From the NCBI GenBank assembly GCA_964016885.1, contig OZ024740.1, positions 71,920,001-71,984,000 on the forward strand: a stretch of DNA of 64,000 nucleotides. The letters are read 5' to 3'. Positions within the stretch are counted from its first letter, which is position 1; each line of letters begins with the position of its first letter. This document shows, piece by piece, positions 26,661-39,096 of the stretch. This DNA comes from Eledone cirrhosa. Lineage: Eukaryota. A program made the position numbers and the translations under genes. The notes beneath the pieces are model-generated. The model saw nothing but the letters and a program-made list of their open reading frames with translations, was not told the DNA's origin and searched no databases.

Positions 26661-26892
26661 GTATTTTACGGTTGGATGCCCTTCCTAACACCAACCACAT
26701 TTACAGTTATAATACTTCACACAAAGAGAACAAATTAATAAGGAACCTCTGAGTAAGTAATATATCAAATAAATAGACTATCCTGCCGTAGGAATTACAT
26801 CTCAAAGTTCTCAATTTGTTTGAGTATTACAATGAAATATGAACTCCACTCTTAAAATACATGTCAACCTAACTAGAATTCAATATGTTATG

Positions 26893-26985
26893 TTGACTTT
26901 GCCTTTCATCCTTACGGGGTCGATAAAATAAAGTACCAGTAATGAACTGAGTAATTGCTGGCCTTGTGCCTAAAGTAGAAACAAA
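26893..26985 (+). mobile_element. SINE 3' half
   Basis: Meta-like core and tail. Confidence 0.85.
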
Positions 26986-27156
26986 TATGTTATTCTAGTT
27001 AAGGATGGTTTGAATGTATTAATTTCCTAACAATGACACTGCTATTTGATATTATACAGGGAAAATAATGTTAAGTGGTGAGGCAAAAAATCAGATTATT
27101 ATTTGGTAATTGAAACGTACAATAGCAAGTTCATTCTAGACATAGATATGCTTAGT

Positions 27157-27476
27157 TTAACTCTTTTGCTCCATGAGATGGACTCCATAACAACACATCA
27201 CCTGCTATTTCTTCCTTGCTGTGCCAACAGTAGCCAGCAAATCTGAGTCTCTGTCCACGTATTGACCTGCTGATAGATGTGTTGTTATGGAGTCCATCTC
27301 ATGGAGCAAGAAACGCTGGTCGTCCCAAGAAGACATACGTCAAGCAACTTGAGGACGATACTGGATGCACTGCGGAAGAACTGGCAAACGCTATGAGAGA
27401 CAGAGATGGATGGAGGAAACGTGTCGTATAAAGCCGAGAAAGCTCGATCTGATGATGATGATGATTAACTCTTTTG
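27157..27476 (+). mobile_element. Short RTE-clade LINE insertion with 5' inversion and 12-bp TSD
   Basis: TSD ttaactcttttg at 27157 and 27465. Sense part reads DVLLWSPSHGARNAGRPKKTYVKQL; antisense part reads QRLRFAGYCWHSKEEIAGDVLLW; (GAT)n tail. Confidence 0.9.
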
Positions 27477-28043
27477 AGACCAAATTACCTAAAACTTCCC
27501 CTGTTTGTTTTCAAGTGTTTATCTATCTATATACAACTAAAACTTTGTGATTGTGGACTTGTCTGTAATTTAATACAACCAAAATGGCGCATAATGGAAA
27601 AATACTTTGAAAGGAAGTTGCCCCTGAAATGGAATAAAACAAGTTTCATGTAAATCGGAGCACGGGTTCCCGAGATGTGGGATTTTCTAGGAACCTTCAT
27701 AAATAGAGAGAGAGAAAGATAGAGAGAAAGAGATAGTGGTTGTGAGAGAGTAGATTGAGAGACATAGAGAGAGCGAGATAGAGATAGATAGAGAGATAGA
27801 GAGAGAGGGGGGTGGAAGAGAGAGAGAGAGGGAGAGTGAGAGAGCTGGTGGTGTTGTTGCTGAATGAAATTATAACAGGTGACTTCAAAGAATTGAATAC
27901 AGCATTACTGTATCTAGCTAAAATTTGGTGACTGAATATTATGTCATATGTATCATATAACTTGTGTTAGGACAGGATGTGTGTAGCGAATATTTCCTGC
28001 TAAATAGGAAGGGTTTCTAAGTTTGTGTGTATATGTGTGCATG

Positions 28044-28125
<82 letters not shown>

Positions 28126-28235
28126 TATGTATGTGTGTGTATATATATATGTGTGTGTGTGTGTATGTGAGTGTCTGTGACTAGTGTATATAGGTCACAG
28201 ACACCCACATATGTATATATACATACACACACACT

Positions 28236-28880
28236 TTATTCATATGTAACCCATTTGCAACCACGCAGCACGCCATGTTTTCATATATTTATATATTTTC
28301 CTCCGCTGTGACCCGTCTGTTTCTTTCTTACTGCTTCTCCTTTCTCTGTATCTCTCACTTCCTTTTACCCCCTCTGCCAGTCACTCTCTCTGTTAGCCTC
28401 TTCTTCACACTTTCACTCACTCACTCTCTGCTACTCCCTCTCCTACTTCCTCTCGTTTGACCTGTGCGAAATTCTTTCCTCACTCGCATTTCGAGCAGGT
28501 TGGATGGTCTTTATTCTCTCTCGTCTGCGATTTCACAGAACTTATGTTCATCGATTTCAGGGACTTGACTCCTTCTTCCTCCCATTTGACCTGTGCGAAA
28601 TTCTTTCCTCACTTACATTTCGACCAGGTTGGATGGTCTTTATTCTCTCTCGTCTATGATTTCACAGAACTTATGTTCATCGATTTCAGGCACTTGACTC
28701 CTTCTTCCTCACTTTTCGTTGCATTACCATCTTTGTTTGTTTACATGTCTCGCTCGTTCCCCCTTTTTAAAGCGATGAAATACCAATGAAGGCTGGAAGA
28801 TCACTGATGAAGGACTAAATTTATTCATATGTAACCCATTTGCAACCACGCAGCACGCCATGTTTTCATATATTTATATA
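28236..28880 (+). mobile_element. Non-coding element with 60-bp terminal direct repeat, internal 129-bp duplication and CTGATGA remnant (pLTR-like)
   Basis: ttattcatatgtaaccc...atttatata at 28237 and 28821; duplication at 28456/28585; related copy at 40810-41290 (-). Confidence 0.6.
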
Positions 28881-29004
28881 TGTATATATATACACACATA
28901 CATATGGACTTTCCAATTTCATTTTACATAATATACATATCTGTGTATATTTTGAATATTTAAAAATTATTTTTAAGCAAACATGATTTTTAAAAATATT
29001 TTTA

Positions 29005-29039
29005 AGCGAACGTGACCCAACAGGTCACAGTAGGGCTAG
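29005..29039 (+). mobile_element. Helitron-like 3' terminus
   Basis: Hairpin gtgacc-caaca-ggtcac followed by agtagggCTAG|T. Confidence 0.6.
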
Positions 29040-29082
29040 TATTTATCTAAAAACTTTCCATCGTAATCTTATATAATTGTTT

Positions 29083-29265
29083 TTACTTTTAGCACAAGGC
29101 CAGCAATTACCCAGTGTATTACTGGTACTTTATTTTATCAACCCCGTAAGGATGAAAGGCAAAGTTAACTTTGGCAGGATTTGAACTCAGAATGACAAGG
29201 GCCGTAACTCTATGCATCAAAGCATGGCGTCCGACCCTCTACCGATACTGCCAACCCCCTGCCAA
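29083..29265 (-). mobile_element. tRNA-derived SINE
   Basis: Reverse complement of the 45948-46138 family. Confidence 0.9.
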
Positions 29266-29619
29266 CCTTATATAATAAACTTTGTTAAGTTAGGTTCCAA
29301 ACACCAGCTTAATATTGAGAAATTTAATAACTAAATCCTTCCAAATCCTTGATTATTTACAAAATAATTTTGAAATCATAGGGTGTGTCTTTCATAAGAA
29401 ATATGGCAATGAAAGGGTTAAATGTTTATATTTATCTAATAAATTCCATCCTAATTTTATGTAAGAGTTTTTGTTTATTTTCTAAACACCTGTTTAATAA
29501 TGAAAAAGATGATATGAGTAAAACAGGGTTGATGCTACCATTAAGGCCAACAATGCAGCCACCTCAGGGTGCAGACCTCAGAGGGGTGCATTAATGATCT
29601 TTAAAGTTTTATACAAATT

Positions 29620-30425
29620 TGTGCAATTGAGACAAGGGCACTGTGTGCTGAAGACTTGCGAAGATTGGAAAGAAATGAAGCTTGTATGCTCCAATGGATG
29701 TGTAACAGTATTAGATGTGAATGGCAAAGCACAAACGAACTGAGAGAAACTAGACATAAGAGGAATCAGATGTAGTGTGCAGGAGAGGAGATTGCATTGT
29801 TATGGACGGGTGACGCATATGAAGGATGACAGTTGTATAAAAAGGTGCAGAGCACTGAAAGTTGATGGAAGCCATGGAGTAGGAAGACCCAGGAAGACTT
29901 GGAATAAGTCTGACCATGCCCAATTGCACCTCTGAAAGGCAATAACACATGACTAAGATCTCTTGTGTTATGCAGTAATACAGAAGACTTGCCTTCCCAT
30001 GAGCACAGGTTGAAGCATAAATATAGTATATACCACCCCACTCTTCCATACACATCCCATGAGCACAGGCTGAAGCATACATCTAACGTGCTCTCCCTTC
30101 CACTTACCTCCCATGTCCTAACACACACACAAATACCCACCTCCTCAATCCTCACACACCTCTCCCACCAAAGTCCCCAACCCATACTGTAAAGGGGTCG
30201 TGACGGAGACATGATAAAAAATGCCCCGCTCACACTGTAAAGTGGTTATGATGGTGATATGACAAAAAACACCCAGCCCACACTACAAAGTGGTCGTGTG
30301 GGTGTTACAACAAAACGCATCCAGTACACACTGTAAATGTGGTTTCTCACAACAGGACAACTCATCTAACCCATGCTAGCATGGAAAAATGGACGTTAAA
30401 CAGTGATGATGATGATGAAGATGAT
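29620..30425 (+). mobile_element. Degenerate RTE LINE 3' fragment
   Basis: ERNEACM, GIRCSVQERRL and GRPRKTW remnants; (GAT)n tail. Confidence 0.85.
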
Positions 30426-30729
30426 ATAATAAATTCCTGTGATCAATAAATAAATCCCTAAACATCTTTACTACATGGCAGCAAAGTGGAAATATCCAAA
30501 CTGGTGGTAAGAGTCATATAGTGTCATGATTTGTTACATGATTTTTGCTGGTGAATGGGGTCTGTGTAGTAGTAAATGCAGGCTTAGTAATTTTCTTACT
30601 GTTATCAGAGCAAGAAGTGTCAAAATTTAAGTTTCTCAGCTTGCGAAACTGTAAGTTGAAATTATTTTATTTGGGATGGATGCACAAAGGTTGCATACCC
30701 TGAGAACCCAAAGAAGGTCCAGAAGGGAG

Positions 30730-30845
30730 CAGTTGGAACCTGGAACATCACAACTCTTACAGGTAAGGAGCAGGAACTAGTGGATGAGGCTAGATGCTAC
30801 CAGCTAGATATAGTTGGGGTTTGCTCAACAAAGTTCTGTGGCTTT
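30730..30845 (+). mobile_element. RTE-type APE endonuclease N-terminal fragment
   Basis: VGTWNITTLTGKEQELVDEARCYQLDIVGV. Confidence 0.7.
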
Positions 30846-30979
30846 GATTGAGACAAACAGGAAGGGAGAATGGGTCACATAACAGAGGCAATGGTAAATG
30901 ACACTTGTCTAAGATGGTAAACTGAATTAGTTAACCTTTTAGTCGTGCTGCAACCAATCTATCATAATACTTTATATTT

Positions 30980-31160
30980 CAGGCACAAAGCCAACATTTT
31001 GGGTGGGTGGGGAGAGAGAAGTTTATTACATTGATCCAGTACTTGACTGGTACTTTATTTTATTGAACCCCGGAAGGAGGAAATCAAAGTTGACCTTGGT
31101 AGGATTTGAACTCAGAATGTCAAGGGCTGTAACTAAATACAGCAAAGTATTTTGTCTGGT
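30980..31160 (-). mobile_element. Diverged SINE
   Basis: actggtactttattttattgaacccc...ggatttgaactcagaa. Confidence 0.75.
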
Positions 31161-31652
31161 GCCCTCCTGATAGGAGCCCCTGGAAGGTGTGTCTGAGCAC
31201 TCTGCCCCCATGACACTTCCAAGAAAAGTGGACGAAGAAGAAGAAAAAGAAGGAGAAGCAGAAAGAGGAGGCGGAGGAGGAGGAGGAGGAGGAGGAGGAG
31301 GAGGAATGGAGGAGGGAGAGATGAGAGTGACAATAATGATGATACACACACACACACATACACACATACACACATATTTATAGGTATATAGACAGATAGA
31401 TGGATAGATACATAGACAGACAGACAGATAGACAGACTGGTAAATAGGTAGAGAAATAGATAGCGATGTGTGTGTGTGTTTGTGTGCATGTATCTGCACG
31501 TGTGTGTGCATGTGTGTGAGTGACTGTGTGTGTGTATGTGAATGTGTGTGTGTGTCAATGTGTTTGTGAATGTATGTGTGTGAATGTGTATATACAATGA
31601 AAGCCGAACAAATTACCATAATTAAATGAGAATATTAAACCAACACCATCAT

Positions 31653-31699
<47 letters not shown>

Positions 31700-31706
31700 C
31701 CACCAC

Positions 31707-31739
<33 letters not shown>

Positions 31740-32142
31740 CATCACCATCATCATCATTACCCTCCTCATCATCAATTTCTTTATGTCCACCCTCTCTCTA
31801 TCTGCTGATATGGGTTGGATATAGTCCATGTCAGTTCTTATTCAAAGTTACTCCACTCCTTGACCGGTCACAAGACCATGTTTCATTTCTACTTTCCAAT
31901 TTTTAGCATGGTTTTATGACTGGATGCCCTTCCTAACACCAACCCCTTTACAGAGCCCCTTCGGGGTATTTAATCATGGCTTCACCAGCAGCAGCAGAGA
32001 GATTGCCATATCTTGACACAACTGAAGAATTCTGCAAATCTTTTGTCCCCTCTACTTTATACTGTCTCAGTTTGATTAACAACCTTTTTACAGGATGTAC
32101 TGGGTGCATGTACACACACATACACATTTATGTGTATATATA

Positions 32143-33560
32143 TACAATGAATATTGTGAAGAATTTAGTGTAAAAGTTGGTGTTCATCAAGACTCTGTCC
32201 TTAGCCCCCTCCTATTTATTATTGTCCTTCAGGCTATAACAGAGGAGTTCAAGACTGGCTGCCATGGGAACTCCTATACGCAGATGATCTAACTCTCATA
32301 GCAGAATCTATGGCTGAACTAGAGAAGAAATTCCAAACATGGAAGCATGGCCTAGAATCAAAAGGCCTTAAAGTTAACTTGTCTAAGACTAAAGTTCTTG
32401 TTTTTAGAAAGGAAAATAGGGCACAGGTGCCCTCAGGGAAATGGCCATGCTCAGTGTGTAGGAAAGGAGTAGGCAGAAATTCCATTTTATGTCCCAAATG
32501 CAAACTATGGGTACATAAAAGATGTAGTGGGATCACAGGTAAACTATCTAAGAACGTAGACTTTATATGTGGCTGATGCTCAGGTGCAATAAGTAGCAAG
32601 TGCCCACAGGATACTAGCTCCTTCTATTGCCTAGATGGTTCTATAGAAATAGTGGACACTTTCCGTTACCTGGGTGACGAAATCAGCAGTGGTGGAGGGT
32701 GTTCTGAAAGTACAGTAGTCAAAGTCAGAACGGGATGGAAAAAGTTCAGAGCTTATACCACTATTGGCCAATAAAGGTTTCTCTCTGAAAATGAAAGGCA
32801 GATTGTATGATGCCTGTATATGAACAGCAAAGCTACATAGCAGTGAAACATGGGCATTGTGTGCAGAGGACCTGCGCAGATTGGAAAGGAACGAAGCATG
32901 CATGCTCCATTGGATGTGTAATAGTGATATACGTGAATGGCAAAGCATAAATGAACTAAGTGAGAAATTAGGAATAAGAGGGATCAGATGCTGTTTACTT
33001 GAGAGAAGACTACGTTGGTATGGTCACGTGATGCACATGAAAGACGACAGCTGCATAAAAAAAGTGCAGGGCGATCAAAATTGATGGTAGTTACGGAGTA
33101 GGTAGACCCAGAAAAACCTGGGACCATATGATAAATTCCGACCTTACACACTTACACCTCTCTAAGACAATGTCACTGGACCGAGATCTTTGGCGCTACG
33201 CAGTAATACAGAAGACTCGCCTTGCCTATGTACAAAGCAAAACCTACAGTCAGTAGGCATCTGTTAACCAAATATACACTCCAACCACTACCCCTACCCT
33301 ATCCTCCCACTCCCACCAACACCACCCTCTCTCTATAAAGTTGGTACCACAACATCCAGTCCAAATAAATGGGATAATGAGATCGAGATCGTGTAGATGT
33401 CACGACAAAAAAAACACACACTCCACGCAGTAATGTGGCCGTGTAGGTAACACAGTAAAAAGTTCCCAGTCCACACTGTAAATGTGGTTGTTGTTAGGAA
33501 GGGCATCAAGTGGGACAACTCCCGTCTAACCCATGCTAAACGAAGATGATGCTGATGATG
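32143..33560 (+). mobile_element. RTE LINE, 5'-truncated
   Basis: GVHQDSVLSPLLF, PHD-like CSVC..C..C..WVHKRC, RWYGHVM; close to 53440-54755 (-). Confidence 0.92.
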
Positions 33561-33575
33561 ATATATATGTAAATT

Positions 33576-33768
33576 CAATGTAAATAATAATCAAAGAGTG
33601 TTTAATCTTTCAGATATTTAATAACTAATGATCGTTTCATCCTTGCGCAAGGCAGGAATATATTTGTGTTTAACTTTTGTAATAATTCCTGCCTTGTGCT
33701 AGGATGAAACAATCGTTAGTTATTAAATGTTTGAAAGATTCAACACTCTTTGATCATTGTTTACATTG
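33576..33768. repeat. 84-bp inverted repeat with 25-nt spacer, carrying hammerhead 3'-half-like motifs
   Basis: Arms 33576-33659 and 33685-33768; each has ccttg.gc.agg-at-GAAAC-[g/a]atc-[g/a]TTA. Confidence 0.85.
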
Positions 33769-34039
33769 TATTTCAGCTCTGTATTATACTTGTTATATTA
33801 CATTGAACTATATTCATACTTGTAACTGGGTAATATTTAATATTACTCATCATATCATCATCATCATGTCACGTCCGCTTTTCCCTGCTTGCAAGGACGG
33901 GAACTGACTCTGGCTTGATTTCTACAGCTGGATGCCCTTCCTAACACCAACCTCATTTACAGTGAGTGCTGGGTGCTTTTTTGCCGTGGCGCCACCACGA
34001 CCACTTTGCAGTGGAATGATAGGGACCCCAGTCCTATCA

Positions 34040-34185
34040 TCTCATTTCTACAGCTGAGTAAACTGGAGCAATGTGAAATAAAGTGTCTTGCTCAAGGAAA
34101 CAACACATCACCCGGTCTGAGAATTGAACTCACAACCTTTCGATTGCAAGGCCAATGCTCTAACCACTAAGCCATGTTCCTCCAC
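34040..34185 (-). mobile_element. tRNA-derived CORE-type SINE
   Basis: Minus strand: tggcttagtggttagagc (A box), gagttcaattct (B box), ccttgagcaagacactt core. Related decayed copy at ~35130-35375. Confidence 0.8.
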
Positions 34186-34210
34186 TATATATATAGTTAT
34201 ACTTATTTAT

Positions 34211-34296
<86 letters not shown>

Positions 34297-34342
34297 AGAA
34301 AATGCAAAGTAGTTTCAGATGTTAAAGTTCTTTATTGATAAG

Positions 34343-34417
34343 GCTGTGATACATATTTCAATGACGACAGTGGCCACGTGATTTCGCCTAACCAGTGCCA
34401 TGATCTCATCAGACAGC
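34343..34417 (-). ncRNA. Type I hammerhead ribozyme with 46-nt helix II region
   Basis: gctgt-CTGATGA-(46 nt)-GAAA-tatgta-TC-acagc; perfect 5-bp helix I. Confidence 0.75.
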
Positions 34418-35563
34418 TTCTTACATAATAAGGTTATGTTCCCGAGGCAATCCAAATTGAAACGACAAGGGAACGGGCAAAGGGGATGTTCTTGAAGCCT
34501 TCACCCATATATATATATATATCATCATGATCATCACTTAACGTCTATCTTCCACGCTAGCATGGGTTAGACGGGAGTTGTCTCACTTGAGGCAAGATTG
34601 GTCGGGTGACCGTGTCTCGGTCGTATAGGACTATATCATATATATATATATCATGCCATATGTATATATCATATATATATATTATACTGTGTATATATAT
34701 ATATATCATATATATATATCATGCCCGTTATTTTCCATGCTTGCATGGGTTAGACAGTTGCCCATTCTGTGACTAGATGGGTCAGATGACTATGTCTTGC
34801 TCATATGTTCCATTAAAAGAATAAGTAAAATAAAGATATAATAAACACCACAGATTCAATAACTTAAGAACAGTAGATTATTCCCAAAACATTACTGAAT
34901 CAGACAAACAAAGAAAGCAACCAAAATACAAAAGATTCAGTCTGTCCATAGATTTATAATACATCACAGAGACACTGGTAAAAATATGACCTTTAAAGGG
35001 TTGCTAATTGGTTTATAGTTGTACATTTGAATATAAACTAATCTGTTTGTGTTATTGGATCTCCATCAGTTCTGACATGAGTGTTCCAATCGATTTGTTT
35101 TTTTTTATCAATGGTATAGCCTTCTCATGAAATTAACCTGCAAGTGACTGAGCATTTCACAGACAAGTGTACTTTTAACATAGGTCTCAAGGTGGTTCAA
35201 TGTGAAACAGAATGTGCCAAGGCTGCCATTTTGAATTACAAGTACAACTCATTGTTTCTAGCTCTGTTGACTGGAGCAACATGAAATAATAAAATGTCTT
35301 GCCCAAAAACACAGCTCACCACTGAGAACTGAAATCAGGACCTTACAATTATGAGCCAAACACCCTAACTACTGAGCACAAAATAATACAAATAATATTA
35401 AGGAATGCAATAATAACAAAAAAGCTAATATTAAAATTGTAATTTCCTACAGTGAAAAGTTGAAGACATACAATGACCTCTGACATACAGTGACCTCTCA
35501 CAAACTGACATTAATATTGTCATCAAATGAGAAAGATATTATGACAGATAATAATATAATAAG

Positions 35564-38500
35564 CAACTAACGCCCATCTTCGACGACTTTGAGATCTATG
35601 CATCTCTCTGTCAGCCAGGAGGTGGAGGTGGAGTGGCTGTCATGTTTCGGAAGAACCTGGACATCGAAGTACAGCAAGTACACATGGACCCGGAGGGTAG
35701 ACTGGTAGTTATAGACGTGAACAGTATTGGAGGTGGAGCCTTCAGACTGGTAGCCGTTTATGCCCCGACCGGGCAATCGCAATCACGGCCAGACTTCTTT
35801 AAGTGTCTAGAGTCTTTTCTGGGAACATATCGCTCCTTACTTTTAGTGGGGGACTGGAATGGTATCCTAGATGCACGATGGGACTATGTGAGAGCATGTC
35901 CCATGTAGAGGGGGGTGCAACAGCCTCAAAACTTTAATCGGCCAATTCCAACTGGCCGATAGGTATCGACTAGATTTCCCGACTGCACCACAGTGGACGT
36001 GGGCAAACCGCAGCGGGATGTCTATATCGTATTTAGATAGGTTCTTCATTAGAGAAAGGGACAAGGAGATGTTAAGCTGTCCACGAATGCACATGGTTGC
36101 CTATTCAGATCACAAGTTAGTCGTCTGCTTAGTCAACCATGATAGAATACATAGACAGGGACCCGGATACTGGAAGCTGAATGTGTCGTTGCCGGCACGT
36201 AAAGCTTACAGTGAACGGATAAGTAGATTAGTCAAGCAACAGTTAACGGGAGCCATCGTCAACAATAGATGGCAAAAGAAAGCAATTAGAATAGAATCAA
36301 TAGGGTATAGCAGAGAGTTAGCCTTAGAGAAAAACAGAATAAAAAGAGAACTAGTAGCCAAGGTAGAGGAAGCACTTAGAAGTGGCAACACGGCTAGAGT
36401 GTTAGCGTTGAGAATGGCACTGGACCAGTTCTTCGATGCGAAACACGAAGGCTGCATGGTCAGAAGCAAAACACATGCTCAAGGAAACGAAGGAGCGAAA
36501 GCTGTCAGCTGGGCCCGAGTGGCGGAGGCAAAAAGTGGCAACAAGTTCACGATTCGGTCTTTGAAAGACCAAAACGGACGCGTGCTACTTGACCCCAAGC
36601 AAATGTGCGTGGCCTTTCAGCGGCACTTTGTGCGACTGTTTGAGCAAAACGACGGTGAGCTGAACCGGGCAATGGACTTTAGTTCATACCTCGACGGCCT
36701 GCCGCGTCTCTCGAACACGGACGCCGAGTTCTGCGAAAGACCGATCACGGACACTGAGATACGGGACGCTCTGGGCCGCTGCGGGAAACGCAAGTCACCC
36801 GGTCTAGATAGTCTACCCTACGAGTTTTACATAGGCATGCCGGACTTGTCCTCGAAGCCGTCTACTGAAATTGGCAGAAGAACGGGAGAATTCTCAGTTC
36901 TGCAGGCAAGGGCGTAGTAATGCTGATCAGGAAAGACAAGAACAAGGGGGACGAAATTAACAACTTCAAGCCCATAACTCTGCTCAACACAGAGTTAAAG
37001 ATTTTGGCCAAGGTGCTAGTGACAAGGTTGGCGCTTGTCATCGAGAACCTGGTAGGGAAAGCGCAAACGTGTGCAATCCCGACCAGATCCATACACGACA
37101 ACCTCCACCTCATGCGATACATCATAGAGAGGGTGGGTAGTAAACCCGGCTTCGGTGGGGCTCTGATCAACTTGGATCAGTCTAAGGCATTCGATAGGGT
37201 CGACCATCGATACTTGGAAGCGGTTCTCAAGGCGGCTGGTTTCGGTCCCGTTTTCAGAGGCTGGATCGAGGCGATGCACACCAGCATCTGCTCGAGGGTC
37301 AAGGTGAACGGCTACCTATCGGAGCCGTTCGCAATCACGCGTTCCATTCGACAGGGGTGCCCTCTCTCCTCCATTCTGTATGTATTGACTCTAGAGTCAC
37401 TACTACGGAAATTGGAGCTGTTGCAGGGCATCCCTCTAGAACCGGGACTGCGCAAAGCGGCGTCGGGTTATGCCGACGACGTGACGGTAATGGTGTCGAG
37501 CACCTCGGAAATCGGGGTGATCGGCAACTTACTGAAAAAATACGAAACGTTGACGGGAGCAAAACTAAACCCGGACAAGTCTGTCGGTTTGCAACTCGGT
37601 ACGTGGAGAGGCAAACCGACGACGTCGAACAGCGTTGTTTGATGCTGGACGGACGGACCGGTGAAATTGCTCGGGGTCTGGTTCAGTCCAGACCTCCAGG
37701 TGGAAAAAAACTGGAACGAGGTCACGGCCAAGGTGTTTGCACTCACCCAGAAGTGGGCAGAGTGCAAACTGTCCTTGAAAGGTCGAGCGGAGGTGGCGAA
37801 CACTTTCATAGCGTCCGTCATCTACTACCGCTTGACTGTCGTGCCTTGTCCCTGTGAACACCTCGCCAAGTTGGAACGCATGCTCTTCCAGTTTCTGTGG
37901 AAGAAGCAGGCTCCGCTGGTGAGGAAATCATCTGCTGTCAGCACCCTTCCAACGGAGGGCTGGGAATGCCGTGGCTGATGATGCGCAAACATGCGCTGAG
38001 GCTGCGGCATCTCCAGGTATTCCTCACCGACCCCCAACCGATGTGGACACCGTTTGTGAGACAGGCTTTACCACAGCTCGTCTCGCTGACGGAGCTGCAG
38101 TCCTGGGTCAAAAAGACCGAAAACGATGGGCGCCTGGCACATTGAATGTGCTCAGGCGCTCACAGTCCTCTGGCAAGCGGGCGCAACAATCAGTGGAGAC
38201 TCCACTTCGACATTCTATAGAGCGATTGTACGTTACAAGGGCGACGACGTGCTCGGAGAGACTCGGGCGTCGAAGACGATGAGCTCACCAGTCTGTTTGG
38301 TAGGACTTTCCGCCCGGGACCTATGGACAACTTCCAGAGGTCCCTGGCCTGGCAGTGCTACCGAGGAGCTCTACCGGTTCGTGACCAGATCTACAGGCAC
38401 GGACGCCCTGGCAGGGATCCTTCCAAGAGGACGTGTCCAAGATGCGTGCAGGACATTGAAACAGTTCTGCACGCAATTGTACACTGCCCGGGCGTAACCA

Positions 38501-39096
38501 ACCTGTGGAACTATGCAGAACAACCGCTGTCGTGTATGGGTCAAATCCAGTCGACTGCCGAGTCCATAGTAAGGATCAAACCGCCAGCCTCTTTCAAAAA
38601 CGAAAGAAAGGCGGTTTTCCTCTGTACGGTGGCTATGGTGAAAGAAGTTATATGGTGGACGAGGTAGAGAGGACTGAGGACAGATGCCTTTCTCTCCAGA
38701 CAACAATTGATTCCCTTCTTTAAGTATCACTTTAGAAGGAGAATCAGGGTGGAGAGAGAGGCACTGCACCCCAGTAAATTTACTGAAAGGTGGGTGAATG
38801 AAGCGAAAATGGCCCGAGTGATTGGGCCTTCTCTGTTTATAAGCCTGTAGGTTGAAGAAGAGAGCAAAAGGAAGAAAGGAGCACTTGCACAACACGCTCC
38901 TGGAGTTGAGGGTTGTTCTATCGACGGGGTATTAAACAACCCATTTGTGACGCCTCCCCCCTATTGGGGATTTCGATTGTTGTAATTGTTTGTTTTATAT
39001 TTTTTACACGACTGTATGTAAAATCCCTGGCATGTCTTTGTATTGTCCCCTTTTCTTGTGCGCCCTTGTGGCTAATAAAGAAATATATCTAATTAT
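35564..39096 (+). mobile_element. L1/Tx1-like LINE ORF2 (EN-RT-CCHC), 5'-truncated and frameshifted
   Basis: VYAP, GDWNG, YLDRF, SDHK, YWKLN, LDQSKAFDRVDH, IRQGCPLS, YADD, CPRC..ETVLH...C; AATAAA tail; possible TSD atataataag at 35554 and 39097. Confidence 0.93.
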
